Assembly (NCBI GenBank): GCA_030595835.1
Contig: JAUVLG010000003.1
Coordinates: 952 to 64,951, forward strand
DNA from: Candidatus Eiseniibacteriota bacterium
GTDB taxonomy: Bacteria; Joyebacterota; Joyebacteria; Joyebacterales; Joyebacteraceae
Direction: 5' to 3'
Length of the DNA: 64,000 bases
Position 1 is the stretch's first letter. Every line of letters begins with the position of its first letter. This document shows, one piece after another, positions 50,765 through 59,905 of this stretch. The notes under the pieces are model-generated. The model searched no databases. It saw only the letters and a program-made list of their open reading frames with translations, and was not told the origin of the DNA. The translations under genes and the position numbers were made by a program.

Positions 50765-53700
50765 CTATCTGATGACCGCGACCTTCATCGTCTTCGATTC
50801 CGTCCTGGGCGTTCCGCCGGACCACACGTAGTACCCATCGAGCGGGTCGGTGACCTCGACGCGGACGATGTAAAGGCCGCTCGCCACCCCCGATGTGCTC
50901 CATCTGATCTCGTTGACCGTGAGATCGCCCTCCCGTTCAAATCGGGCGACGACCTCTCCGGCGACGTCCAGTATCTCGATCTCGATGTCCGCCGGCTCAT
51001 CGAGAAAGACCCTGACGGTGAGATCGGACCTCCTGGCAGGGTTCGGGTAGCAGTAGGTACGTTCCGGCGACAGCAGATCCCCGGTCGTCACCGGATCGCC
51101 CGGGAGGATCGAGTCGGGATATGCTCCCTCTCCGGATGCGCTCCCGCCGTCGGTGGACCAGATCATGGTCCCGGCCTCGTGCGCGTATGGCAATCCCATC
51201 AGGAGAACTCGCCCCGAGGCACCCACGACCAGGATGTCCAGCTCGCCGTCATTGTCAATGTCACCCGCCCACGGCGTGCCGAGCGCGGGGCCGGACGAGT
51301 ACGGCCAGCCGGGAGTCAACTCCCCGCTGACGGCGTCGCAGAGGAACATGCTCCCGCCCGGACCGGTCGACAGCACGTCCGTCACGCCGTCGCCGTCCAT
51401 GTCGCCGATGAGCGCAGACGCGCCCGCGGGGCGCGTGCTGTCGCCCCCGTCAGTCACGAGAGGCCAGTTCTCCACGTAGGTGCCGTTGGCCCGCAATCCG
51501 GCGACGCCGGCGGGCCCTGCCGGAATGACGATCTCGAGATACCCGTCTCCGTCCAGGTCGCCCAGCGACGGCCGGGCATCAACTCCCTTGCGAAGGTCGA
51601 CGGGCCACCCCGGAAGTTCGTTGCCGGATGCGTCCCAGACGTGGACGATCCCACCGGAACCCACGGCAACGATCTCAGGCCTTCCGTCGGGCAACCGGTC
51701 AATATCACCGACGACGATCTGCGCCGTCTCGCGCTCCCACGCATCAACGACCAGGGGCCATCCAGCAACGGAACTGCCGTCAGCGTTCAGGGCCGCGATC
51801 CATCCGCGGTTGGTGGTCGACATCAGGATCTCCAGGAAATCGTCGCCGTCCAGGTCTCCCGCGGCAATACACACGTCATCAAGAACCAGGTGACCGAACG
51901 AATAGGGCGACGCACCCAGGTGCCTGCCCTCGCCATCCACGACGGTGAGATTCCCTCCACCGGACGCCACAGCGATCTCCAACCCCTCCGTGTCATCGAA
52001 GTCGGAGGCAACCGGCACCGAGCTGGCGGGTCCGTCCAGCGCCAGCGGGTACTCGATAGAGTGTAGATCGGCGTACCCATCGGTGTCGCTGTCCGTATGG
52101 TCCCAAACATACAGCGAACCGGCCTCGGAGGCCACGATGACCTCAGCGTCGCCGTCACCGTCGAGATCGGCAACCGAGGGCGATTGTGTGATCCCCCCGG
52201 GCGCCACGGCGAAGAGACCGGGCACTCCGCACATCGGGATCATCGGCGTCCCGTCGTGATGCCACACGTAGACGTTGCCACTCGCAGCCGCAACGATAAC
52301 CTCGCCGTCACCGTCACCGTCCAGATCGGCGACCCGCGGCGTCATCGTCCCGAACGACTCGTCCAGGTCGATCGGCCATCCGTCCTTCCACCGGTCGAAC
52401 CGGAGGTCCATTGTCATGACCTCTCCGGGGTCGGATATGTTGCTCACGGCAACGTAGGTCTTGCCCCCCATGTTGGTATCGGTCGAGGGATAGGTATCCC
52501 ACGAGAACGTCCCGTTGTTCTCCGCAAAGAAGGGATCGTACCTGCTGCCCGACCAATAGAAGCTGTTGATATTCCCCAGGTCCATGATGCCGTCGGCCTC
52601 TTCGACGGCCACACCAAGCCTGTGGCGGTCAGCGTTGACGACGTTCCAGGGAAGGAGCCCCGGCTGAACGCGCGTGTCATCGATGTGGTAGATGAGCATA
52701 CCCGGCCCGGGAAGCAGGAAATCGTATTCGTGGTTCGGTTGGGGCGGATCCAGGTAGGGATCCACGGGACCCAGCACGACACCCCGCTCCTGGTCAATGC
52801 CCACGACGAGCTCGGTTCCCTGGCTGTCCGGCAGGTCGTCCAATCTGTTCTCAATGAGGAAGTACTCGTCACTCGTGATGGGTATCTTGAAGAGCTTGAA
52901 CCCCGGTCTCCTGAGCTCGGTCGCCGTGACCCGGATGTCGTCGGCGGCGTCCAGCAACACGACGGGGTCGAGCCACCCCATGTACTCCTTGGACCACGCG
53001 CACGGCGATGCCGGCAGCAACCCATACGCCCATCCCCACGGCGTGTTCATACCTATGCTGCCGCCGGAGTCCATGATGCCCCACTGGCCTATGGCCAGGA
53101 AGAAGTTGGAGACATTGTAGAGATCCGGCAGTCCCAGGATGTGAGCCACCTCGTGCACGAGCGTCCCGTTTAAGACCATGGTCATCCCGTCCTGACTCGA
53201 AGTCTCGGGCATTAGCGCGGCGCCCCACACCTCCGTGCTGCCTTCGTTCACGAGGATCGGCTCACCAAGCGAGATGTGCGCGGACGGAAGATCAAACGGG
53301 GAATCGTAACCGATGTCGCTCTGCCAGTCGGCACCCGCGTGGAACAGGATGAAGCCATCGTACTGGGAGAAGTCGATAGAATCCGTCGTATCGGCGGCCG
53401 CGAAGGCGTCTCTCGTGAACTTCTCCACCTGGCTCACATACCAGACCTGCTCCTCCGAGTAGTCGTGGTAGTAACCCATGTCATGCGGAAGCACGTAGGC
53501 CGACTGCGGATCCAGAGGCAAGACATCAGACTCGATCGTCAGATGATCGTAGGAAACCGACGAGTAGTAGTTGGCGAGCGCCGTCATGTGGAGCTCGAAG
53601 TACTCCCTGTCGTGCGGCGGCCCGTCGAACGTCGCCCCGTCCCACTCCGAGTAGTCGAAGTTGCCGTTGCCCGTACTGAGAGGGTCGCTGTCCGGAAGGA

Positions 53701-53962
53701 ACTCGACGCGCAAAGCCAGAAGCCGGATGGTCGTTCTGCCGTCCCGCGAACGCCCCCGCGCGGCAGCGAGCTCGATCGCGCCGATCTTGGGCACATCATC
53801 AACGAAGACCTTGGGAACACCTCTGGTGACGGTGCCGTCCGGCGGAAGGCCCTTCTCGCAGATCAGGACATCGCCGGCGGCGGACGGTAGGGAGAGCGCC
53901 ACGATGACCACTGCGGCCGCGGCTCCGGTGGAAAAGCGACCGAGGTTACGGGGTCGGGTCAT
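50765..53962 (-). CDS. M6-family (immune inhibitor A-like) zinc metalloprotease fused to FG-GAP/VCBS integrin-like repeats and a T9SS-type C-terminal sorting domain.
   Basis: It has a signal peptide. TLVHEVAHILGLPDLY carries the HExxH motif. Multiple DLDGDG(D/Y)xE(V/I)(I/V) FG-GAP repeats are present. The C-terminus CYPNPARRSDLTVRVFL...GLYIVRVEV...KVAVIR resembles the Por-secretion tail / FlgD Ig-like domain. Confidence 0.8.
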   Translation of the reverse strand: MTRPRNLGRFSTGAAAAVVIVALSLPSAAGDVLICEKGLPPDGTVTRGVPKVFVDDVPKIGAIELAAARGRSRDGRTTIRLLALRVEFLPDSDPLSTGNGNFDYSEWDGATFDGPPHDREYFELHMTALANYYSSVSYDHLTIESDVLPLDPQSAYVLPHDMGYYHDYSEEQVWYVSQVEKFTRDAFAAADTTDSIDFSQYDGFILFHAGADWQSDIGYDSPFDLPSAHISLGEPILVNEGSTEVWGAALMPETSSQDGMTMVLNGTLVHEVAHILGLPDLYNVSNFFLAIGQWGIMDSGGSIGMNTPWGWAYGLLPASPCAWSKEYMGWLDPVVLLDAADDIRVTATELRRPGFKLFKIPITSDEYFLIENRLDDLPDSQGTELVVGIDQERGVVLGPVDPYLDPPQPNHEYDFLLPGPGMLIYHIDDTRVQPGLLPWNVVNADRHRLGVAVEEADGIMDLGNINSFYWSGSRYDPFFAENNGTFSWDTYPSTDTNMGGKTYVAVSNISDPGEVMTMDLRFDRWKDGWPIDLDESFGTMTPRVADLDGDGDGEVIVAAASGNVYVWHHDGTPMIPMCGVPGLFAVAPGGITQSPSVADLDGDGDAEVIVASEAGSLYVWDHTDSDTDGYADLHSIEYPLALDGPASSVPVASDFDDTEGLEIAVASGGGNLTVVDGEGRHLGASPYSFGHLVLDDVCIAAGDLDGDDFLEILMSTTNRGWIAALNADGSSVAGWPLVVDAWERETAQIVVGDIDRLPDGRPEIVAVGSGGIVHVWDASGNELPGWPVDLRKGVDARPSLGDLDGDGYLEIVIPAGPAGVAGLRANGTYVENWPLVTDGGDSTRPAGASALIGDMDGDGVTDVLSTGPGGSMFLCDAVSGELTPGWPYSSGPALGTPWAGDIDNDGELDILVVGASGRVLLMGLPYAHEAGTMIWSTDGGSASGEGAYPDSILPGDPVTTGDLLSPERTYCYPNPARRSDLTVRVFLDEPADIEIEILDVAGEVVARFEREGDLTVNEIRWSTSGVASGLYIVRVEVTDPLDGYYVWSGGTPRTESKTMKVAVIR

Positions 53963-54011
53963 TCTGTGATCACACCTTTCTCGGATTCCGGTCGTACCCG
54001 GGCGTCGTCCG

Positions 54012-54992
54012 CTAGAACGCCGCCGTCAGCGAGAACCTGAACGGTCGCGACAGGTCCTCGTACTGCGGCACCTGGGCGAAATCAACTTCGAAGTTTCCGA
54101 ACTTGAGCCCCATACCGAACGAGAAGTCCGTGACACTGCCGTCCTTGTCGTAGACGTACCCTCCTCGAAGAGCAAGGAGGTCGTAGTACCGGTACTCCGC
54201 GCCGACATTGAGAACCACACCGACCGTCTGGTCCGCGATCTCCTCGACGATGATCAGCGACTTGTTGTAGTCAACCGATACGGTCAGCTCGTTCATCTCG
54301 TCGCTCAGGAGCTTGTAGGACGTTCCCACCTTGAGATTCCTGGGCAGCGGGTCCTTCTGCTGTTCGTCGATGTAGGCGATTCGGGGACCGATGTGCTGCA
54401 GCGCACCACCCACGTTCCACCTGCCATCCATCAGCTTCCACAGAGCCCCGAAGTCGGCGGCGAAGGTCGTCCCCGACCCCTCGATCCCCTCGGTGGTCGC
54501 CGAGGCCGGCGCCAGGAAGGTGTAGATGAACTTGAGGTTGAGACCGACGCCCAGGTTCTCGCCGATCGTCGCCCCGTACGCAAGGGACGGGATGATCTCG
54601 TACGAATGGAAGATGACGCCCGGGACACCGTCATCGTCCATCGCCTGCTGCTCGCCGTACGTCACGTAGATGACCGACCCTCCGACCGTTCCCAGCCCCT
54701 CGACCTTCATCGCGTAGGCGGCGTACTCGTAGTAGACGTCTCCCCAATCAGGCATCAGCTGCGAGTGCATGAGCGAAACATTGTGCGTCTGCTCAAGGAA
54801 TGCGAGCCCCGCGGGGTTCCACCAGCATGCGCTGGCGTCATCGGCAATCGCCACGAAGGCGTCGCCCATGCCCGCCGGGCGCCCGCCCGGGTGAATCAAG
54901 AGCGACTGTGCGCCGCCGATAGACGTTGCGGCCGCGGACACGGACATCAGCACTACCAGAAGCAGCGCTATGGGAATCCTGTTTCTCAACAT
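54012..54992 (-). CDS. porV: PorV/FadL-like outer-membrane beta-barrel (candidate T9SS shuttle protein).
   Basis: It has a signal peptide (MLRNRIPIALLLVVLMSVSAAA) and an N-terminal GMGDAFVAIADDASACWWNPAGLAFL motif as I recall for the PorV/UPF0164/FadL-like families. The C-terminus SLTAAF is a barrel signature. It sits immediately downstream of the C25/PorU-like gene. Family assignment is from memory. Confidence 0.45.
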   Translation of the reverse strand: MLRNRIPIALLLVVLMSVSAAATSIGGAQSLLIHPGGRPAGMGDAFVAIADDASACWWNPAGLAFLEQTHNVSLMHSQLMPDWGDVYYEYAAYAMKVEGLGTVGGSVIYVTYGEQQAMDDDGVPGVIFHSYEIIPSLAYGATIGENLGVGLNLKFIYTFLAPASATTEGIEGSGTTFAADFGALWKLMDGRWNVGGALQHIGPRIAYIDEQQKDPLPRNLKVGTSYKLLSDEMNELTVSVDYNKSLIIVEEIADQTVGVVLNVGAEYRYYDLLALRGGYVYDKDGSVTDFSFGMGLKFGNFEVDFAQVPQYEDLSRPFRFSLTAAF

Positions 54993-55057
54993 CGCGTGAA
55001 CGTCCCCTTTCAACGACAGCCGGCGGGCAGGCTCAAGCCCTGTGGACAACCCTCCGA

Positions 55058-58000
55058 CTATCTCATTATCACGGCTCTGCCTATGACCTCGGCCTTGTCT
55101 CCACGATACTCATCGGACACCGCGTGAATCCTGTACAAATAGACGCCGTTGGCCAGCTCGTCACCCTCGGAGTCCCTGCCGTTCCAGTAGACCTCGTTGG
55201 CGCCCGCGGTGCCGACGTGGTCGAGGTCGCGAATCCGCCGGCCGCCCACGGTGAAAATATCGATCGTCACGGCAGCAGCCACGGGGAGCTGGAACATGAT
55301 GAGAGTTCCCTCGCCGCCCCCGCCCTTGAACGGGTTCGGGTAGTTGGCAACGTCGCGGATCGTGAACTCGGCGGACGACACGACCTCGAACTGGAGGCTC
55401 TTGGAAGAGCGGTTACCCATGTTGTCGCCGGCAGCGACTGAGATCGTGTGATTCCCGAATCCCAGCGACGGCAGCGGATAGACGATGGCGCCTTCACGGA
55501 AGCTGTCAAAATCGCACGCGAACAGGTCCGTGACGTCCGTCGAATCTTCTCCACCGTTGACCAGAAGGACTATGCCGTCTGCCGGGTTCCGGTTGACCAG
55601 ATTGATACCGTTGTCGTCCGACAGCCGTATCGTGAGCTCGTCGCCCGGCAGAACCGACGTTCCTCCGCTCTCGAACGTCATCGAAATGTCCGGCCCCCTT
55701 CCGTCCAATGTATCCTCGACGAAGGAGACGTTCCAATCTTCAAGGGAGAACGAACCGTCGATCTCGCCGTCGTAGAAGTAGGCGCGGATGCGGCCCTTCG
55801 GGCCCTCATCGGCGACCGACGACACGACGAACTCGGCCGAGAACTCGCCCTCTTCATCCACGTCAGCTGACCCCTCGAACAGAACCTCGCCCGGGAGCTC
55901 GTACTCAACGTGATATTGGGACTGCGACTGAATGTAACCGCTGGTGTCCGCGGTGTCGAACACCCGGACCAGCGCCACACCGCGCGCGTCCGCCGTCGAG
56001 CCGGCGTTCGTGCCGGAGACCGTGACGACCTGCTCGCTCCGCCTGCGTATCGGCTCAGCGCCGTCCTGGTCTATCTCTCCCGAGCCGCTCGGGGACACGA
56101 ACATCGTGGCGGGGTCACCGATCAGCGAGAACTTGGTGTTGTTTGACCAGATGGAATGGTGCGTCGCTGTCTCGATGAACCCAGCCTGCAGCGCCTGACC
56201 GAAGTCCAGGAACACCGTCGGCGCCTCCCGCTGCTCGCCGAAGGTCTTCCTGAGGAAACTCCTGTTGAGCGCCGAGTTGTATCCGGAGCCCGAGTCTCGC
56301 GTGCTGCCGATCGACGCTATCGACCCACCGACGGGCGACTTGACCAGAAGCTCGCCGACCGAGTCCCCGCCCGGCATGTCGAACTTGTTCAGTCGGCAGG
56401 ATGCAGCGAAGAAGAGAGGCAGCCCGTCGATGTTCTCGAGCTTCGGGATGTCATCGATGAGGAAGACGAGTTCGTGAGCCATCAGTAGCTCGTTGCCGTG
56501 CCCCGTGTAGTTGAGTATGAGGGCTCCGTCGTTCCATGTCTTCAGGAGATCCGTTCGCGCGGCCGGCTTGTGCCACGCTGCGTCGAACTCGTACTCCATC
56601 AGATAGATCTTCCGCCTGTCGAGCGACCAGGGGAGAACCTCCCGGCATATCTGCTCGGCCTGCTGCGTGTGCGAGTACTCGAAGTGCGGGTTAGTGTCGC
56701 CGTGGTTATCCCGCCACTCGTCGTCACCTACCAGGACAACCGTGTTCTTCCAGAGACCCTGCACGGTCTCAGTCTCGTACCTCACGATCTTGTCGATGAT
56801 CGTGGACAGCTCACCGGTGGACCGGGCGGACAACCTGCCCAGCGCCATCCCCGGCTCGTACTGGCTGACCGCGTCGAAACCGACGAACCAGAAGTCAGTC
56901 GGCCAGTACGCCGAGCCTCCCGTGTAGTACGTCGGCACGTAGCAGTCGATGCCCGTCGTCAGGTACTGACGGTAGTCGGACGTGGCGTCGCCCACCAGAA
57001 GCGCGTGCGTCGGCGGCACGTCGGCGTTGTCGGAGAGGAACTTGAGATAGTCTCTGATGGCCACCGGATCGACGACGCCCCACGAGAACTCGTCGTAGAC
57101 GTCGGACACCCTGACAAGACGCACATCGTAACCGCCGCCCGCGGCGGTCTCCCGGTAGTTCTTCAGTCGAAGCGCCTCGCTGTAGAAGCCGTCGTAGACG
57201 ATCATGACGTAGCCGATATCGGTGTCGGACCTCAGACCCTCGTGAATGTCCCTCTCGATGCCGGGCGTCAGGTAGCCGCCGTCCGACACGGCGAGGTACG
57301 ACGCGGTGTCGGCCACGTCGTCCTGGAAGATCGCGCTGTAGCCGCGTGACGACGCAGACGTCGTGACGCCGGGAACGGTACTCACGGTGTAGCGGTCCTG
57401 GATCTTGAAGACGGAAACGTCGCCGGTCTCGAAACCCTCCAGAGAGTACTCGAGCACTCCGGTCCGTCCGGAACTCCCGAACGGCAACTGGTCGTCGTTG
57501 ACGCCGTCGTCGGGGTCCATGTCCGCCCAGAGCGCACGCCAGTACTCGAACTCGAACCAGTCTATGAGTATGGTGTCATCGTCGTGGTCCTCGTCCGCCC
57601 TGGGGACGAAGACATCGAACTCATTGTAGGTCCCCGAGTTCCCCGGAATGAAGTCCCTGAATGAGAGGCCGTCCACTTCGAAGACGAGAGTCGCGAAGCC
57701 ATCCCACTCCCCGAGATAGGCCTCGACGTCGTTCAGGTAGAAGTAGGCGATGTGGTCGGGATTGACAGCGTAGTTGGTGGAATTGCCGTCGACCCGGGCC
57801 CTGATGAGACCGGTCGAATCGGTCACCACGTGCGTCAGCTTCTCGTAGGAAAGATAGTGCTCAGCCACGCGCGGCAGCTTCATCTCGCGCATGAAGAAGT
57901 TATCACCGCGACCCTGGAACTCGTACCGGTTCTTCTCGTAGTGCGCCCTCGCCCAGTAGTCGGTCACCTCAAGCGCGCCCGGCTCGTCGTTGAGGTCGTC

Positions 58001-59113
58001 GACCTGCATTCTGAGGGGCGGATCGTCGAAGGGACTCCCCTCGCTCTCCCAGGTCATCCAATAGACGGCCGTCCCCGCAAACCGGTTCTCGTAGTACGGC
58101 TCGTCCGGGGAGTCGAGCATCATCTGGTCGGCCCATGCGTCCGTGCCGACGGCGTAGAAAGCCACGCGGTCGCCCGGGTCGAACGCATCATCGTCACCTC
58201 CGACGACGGCAATCGTACACTCGGTCATCCAGTCGGGCCGCGGTTCGGTAACGTCGGGAGGAATCGAGAGCCCGGTCCCCGTGAACACCCGGATCGACGC
58301 CGGGTCGACCGTGGCCGGGTCCACACCCGCCGCGGACAGGTCGTCGTGCCCGACGCCGTAGATCCCTCTCCGCTCGACAGTCAACTTGAGCCAGTTGGAG
58401 GACGTGTGGAAGTACTCGTCCGGGCGACCTCTCACGGGGCCGGGACGGGTCCGCCACGCTCTGCCACTCTGGTAGTTGGCGAGCACCGACCGGTAGAGCC
58501 TCTCCCACCGCTCGGACGTCCTGCGAGGCGGCACGCCAGCGCGCACGCCGTGGAAGGTCAGGGAGATCTCTATCGCATCGTGGGAAACGAGCGTGCCTCG
58601 CACGGGATCGACCTGGCAGGGATGGAATTCAATGTGAACCACTCTCTGCCTGGACAACCACCGGGGTTCGGTCATGGACGCAGCCGCCCACGGCCAAAGA
58701 CCCTCTCGCGCGTACGGCTCGCCCTCAACGTACTCATATCTGCTCACCTCGCCGTCTTCAACCTCGACCGTGGTGAGCGCGGGAAGGATCCTGACGCCCT
58801 GCCGGGCGGAGCCCCCGCTCGCCGACACCGCGAGCTCGATGTCCCTGCAGTTCGGTACCGCGAGTGTCAACCGAACGACGGGGAGATCGGGGGCGCCCGG
58901 AACGCCCATCGCGTCCGCGCCCTCTATGTACAGGGTCGTGTACTCACGGCCACCTATGGTCACACGACGGTGCGTCGCCGCACCGGGCCGATAGACAACG
59001 ACGATGCCATCATCACTCGAGGACACCACGCTGGGTGCGACTGCCGGAACACCGGTAGCCAGAAGAGCTATGACGAGCGCCGCCACAATGGCCGGCGCGT
59101 GTTTCCGCACCAT
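55058..59113 (-). CDS. porU: C25-family (gingipain-like) cysteine peptidase with a T9SS-type C-terminal domain; candidate PorU-like sortase/signal peptidase.
   Basis: It has a signal peptide. The His-Gly (YTGHGNELLM) and Cys (FFAASCRLNKFD) catalytic motifs match a caspase-like C25 fold. The C-terminus NYPNPFKGGGGEGTLIMFQLPVAAAVTIDIF...YLYRIHAVSD...VIGRAVIMR is a classic Por-secretion tail. It is adjacent to the porV-like gene. Confidence 0.7.
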   Translation of the reverse strand: MVRKHAPAIVAALVIALLATGVPAVAPSVVSSSDDGIVVVYRPGAATHRRVTIGGREYTTLYIEGADAMGVPGAPDLPVVRLTLAVPNCRDIELAVSASGGSARQGVRILPALTTVEVEDGEVSRYEYVEGEPYAREGLWPWAAASMTEPRWLSRQRVVHIEFHPCQVDPVRGTLVSHDAIEISLTFHGVRAGVPPRRTSERWERLYRSVLANYQSGRAWRTRPGPVRGRPDEYFHTSSNWLKLTVERRGIYGVGHDDLSAAGVDPATVDPASIRVFTGTGLSIPPDVTEPRPDWMTECTIAVVGGDDDAFDPGDRVAFYAVGTDAWADQMMLDSPDEPYYENRFAGTAVYWMTWESEGSPFDDPPLRMQVDDLNDEPGALEVTDYWARAHYEKNRYEFQGRGDNFFMREMKLPRVAEHYLSYEKLTHVVTDSTGLIRARVDGNSTNYAVNPDHIAYFYLNDVEAYLGEWDGFATLVFEVDGLSFRDFIPGNSGTYNEFDVFVPRADEDHDDDTILIDWFEFEYWRALWADMDPDDGVNDDQLPFGSSGRTGVLEYSLEGFETGDVSVFKIQDRYTVSTVPGVTTSASSRGYSAIFQDDVADTASYLAVSDGGYLTPGIERDIHEGLRSDTDIGYVMIVYDGFYSEALRLKNYRETAAGGGYDVRLVRVSDVYDEFSWGVVDPVAIRDYLKFLSDNADVPPTHALLVGDATSDYRQYLTTGIDCYVPTYYTGGSAYWPTDFWFVGFDAVSQYEPGMALGRLSARSTGELSTIIDKIVRYETETVQGLWKNTVVLVGDDEWRDNHGDTNPHFEYSHTQQAEQICREVLPWSLDRRKIYLMEYEFDAAWHKPAARTDLLKTWNDGALILNYTGHGNELLMAHELVFLIDDIPKLENIDGLPLFFAASCRLNKFDMPGGDSVGELLVKSPVGGSIASIGSTRDSGSGYNSALNRSFLRKTFGEQREAPTVFLDFGQALQAGFIETATHHSIWSNNTKFSLIGDPATMFVSPSGSGEIDQDGAEPIRRRSEQVVTVSGTNAGSTADARGVALVRVFDTADTSGYIQSQSQYHVEYELPGEVLFEGSADVDEEGEFSAEFVVSSVADEGPKGRIRAYFYDGEIDGSFSLEDWNVSFVEDTLDGRGPDISMTFESGGTSVLPGDELTIRLSDDNGINLVNRNPADGIVLLVNGGEDSTDVTDLFACDFDSFREGAIVYPLPSLGFGNHTISVAAGDNMGNRSSKSLQFEVVSSAEFTIRDVANYPNPFKGGGGEGTLIMFQLPVAAAVTIDIFTVGGRRIRDLDHVGTAGANEVYWNGRDSEGDELANGVYLYRIHAVSDEYRGDKAEVIGRAVIMR

Positions 59114-59448
59114 CAGCTGTCCTCCGATGCTGCCCCCGTCAGGGCGAAACCCACGTCATTCCTGCTGACAACGCAGACGACGCGCCCTTCCTCGCCGATG
59201 ACGGGGATAGGTACAAGTTTCCTGTTAGCCATGAGCACGGCGACCTTCATGATCGAGGTCGAGGAGGCGCTTCTCCTCATCCACTACAGAGACGCCGGTT
59301 ATGCGGTATTTCTTCATCAGGGCGGCGATTTCAGCCACGTTCGCTGCCCGGCCCGATTGACGGCTTACCTCGCCGAATCCAGAATCCCGAACACTGCCCC
59401 GACGGACTCGGCCGCGAGCAGTGCGCTTCGGTTCTTCTCATCCCTCAT
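59113..59448 (-). pseudogene. CBS-domain-pair gene disrupted by at least two frame changes (remnant or assembly frameshift).
   Basis: Three consecutive minus-strand reading frames give MRDEKNRSALLAAESVGAVFGILDSAR*, then AEIAALMKKYRITGVSVVDEEKRLLDLD, then IMKVAVLMANRKLVPIPVIGEEGRVVCVVSRNDVGFALTGAASEDS*. The last two are recognisable CBS motifs. The final TGA shares its A with the porU ATG (TGATG). Confidence 0.4.
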
Positions 59449-59470
59449 CAGTTCACTCACGCGACCGCTC

Positions 59471-59902
59471 TCAGCTCGCACCCGCGCGCATTGACAGGAA
59501 GACGACCGCAACGGAAGCACAGACGATTGCGGCCTGTGTCAGCACATGACGCGGCCCGAGCGACCGACCGTGGGGAAAGACCCTCGAAAGGCGGGGCGAA
59601 TGCCCCGGGAAGACCTTCCTCTCGCGAGGCAGGATCCCCACTTTCCAGAGGAGGTTCTCGATGTCAGGGGCCACGGCCCCGACGGCTCCCCAAAAGATGC
59701 CCGTGCGACCCATCCCCGCGACCAGCATGGCCGCGAAGACCGCCGACACTGCCGCGACCTCCAACCACATCTTGTCGAACTCGTAGTGCGGAAGGACATC
59801 CAGTGGCACGTGACTCAACATCCCCAGGAGCGCCGCCCCTGCCGCGTTGTCCGTGAACGACCCTGCCGCCGCCCCGACGGCCAGATGGGTAATGACGGTC
59901 AA
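59471..59902 (-). CDS. Small polytopic membrane protein (DUF457/YdjM-like metal-dependent hydrolase family, tentative).
   Basis: The N-terminus MTVITHLAVGAAAG resembles the DUF457 start. It has 3-4 hydrophobic helices. Confidence 0.4.
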   Translation of the reverse strand: MTVITHLAVGAAAGSFTDNAAGAALLGMLSHVPLDVLPHYEFDKMWLEVAAVSAVFAAMLVAGMGRTGIFWGAVGAVAPDIENLLWKVGILPRERKVFPGHSPRLSRVFPHGRSLGPRHVLTQAAIVCASVAVVFLSMRAGAS

Positions 59903-59905
59903 CCG

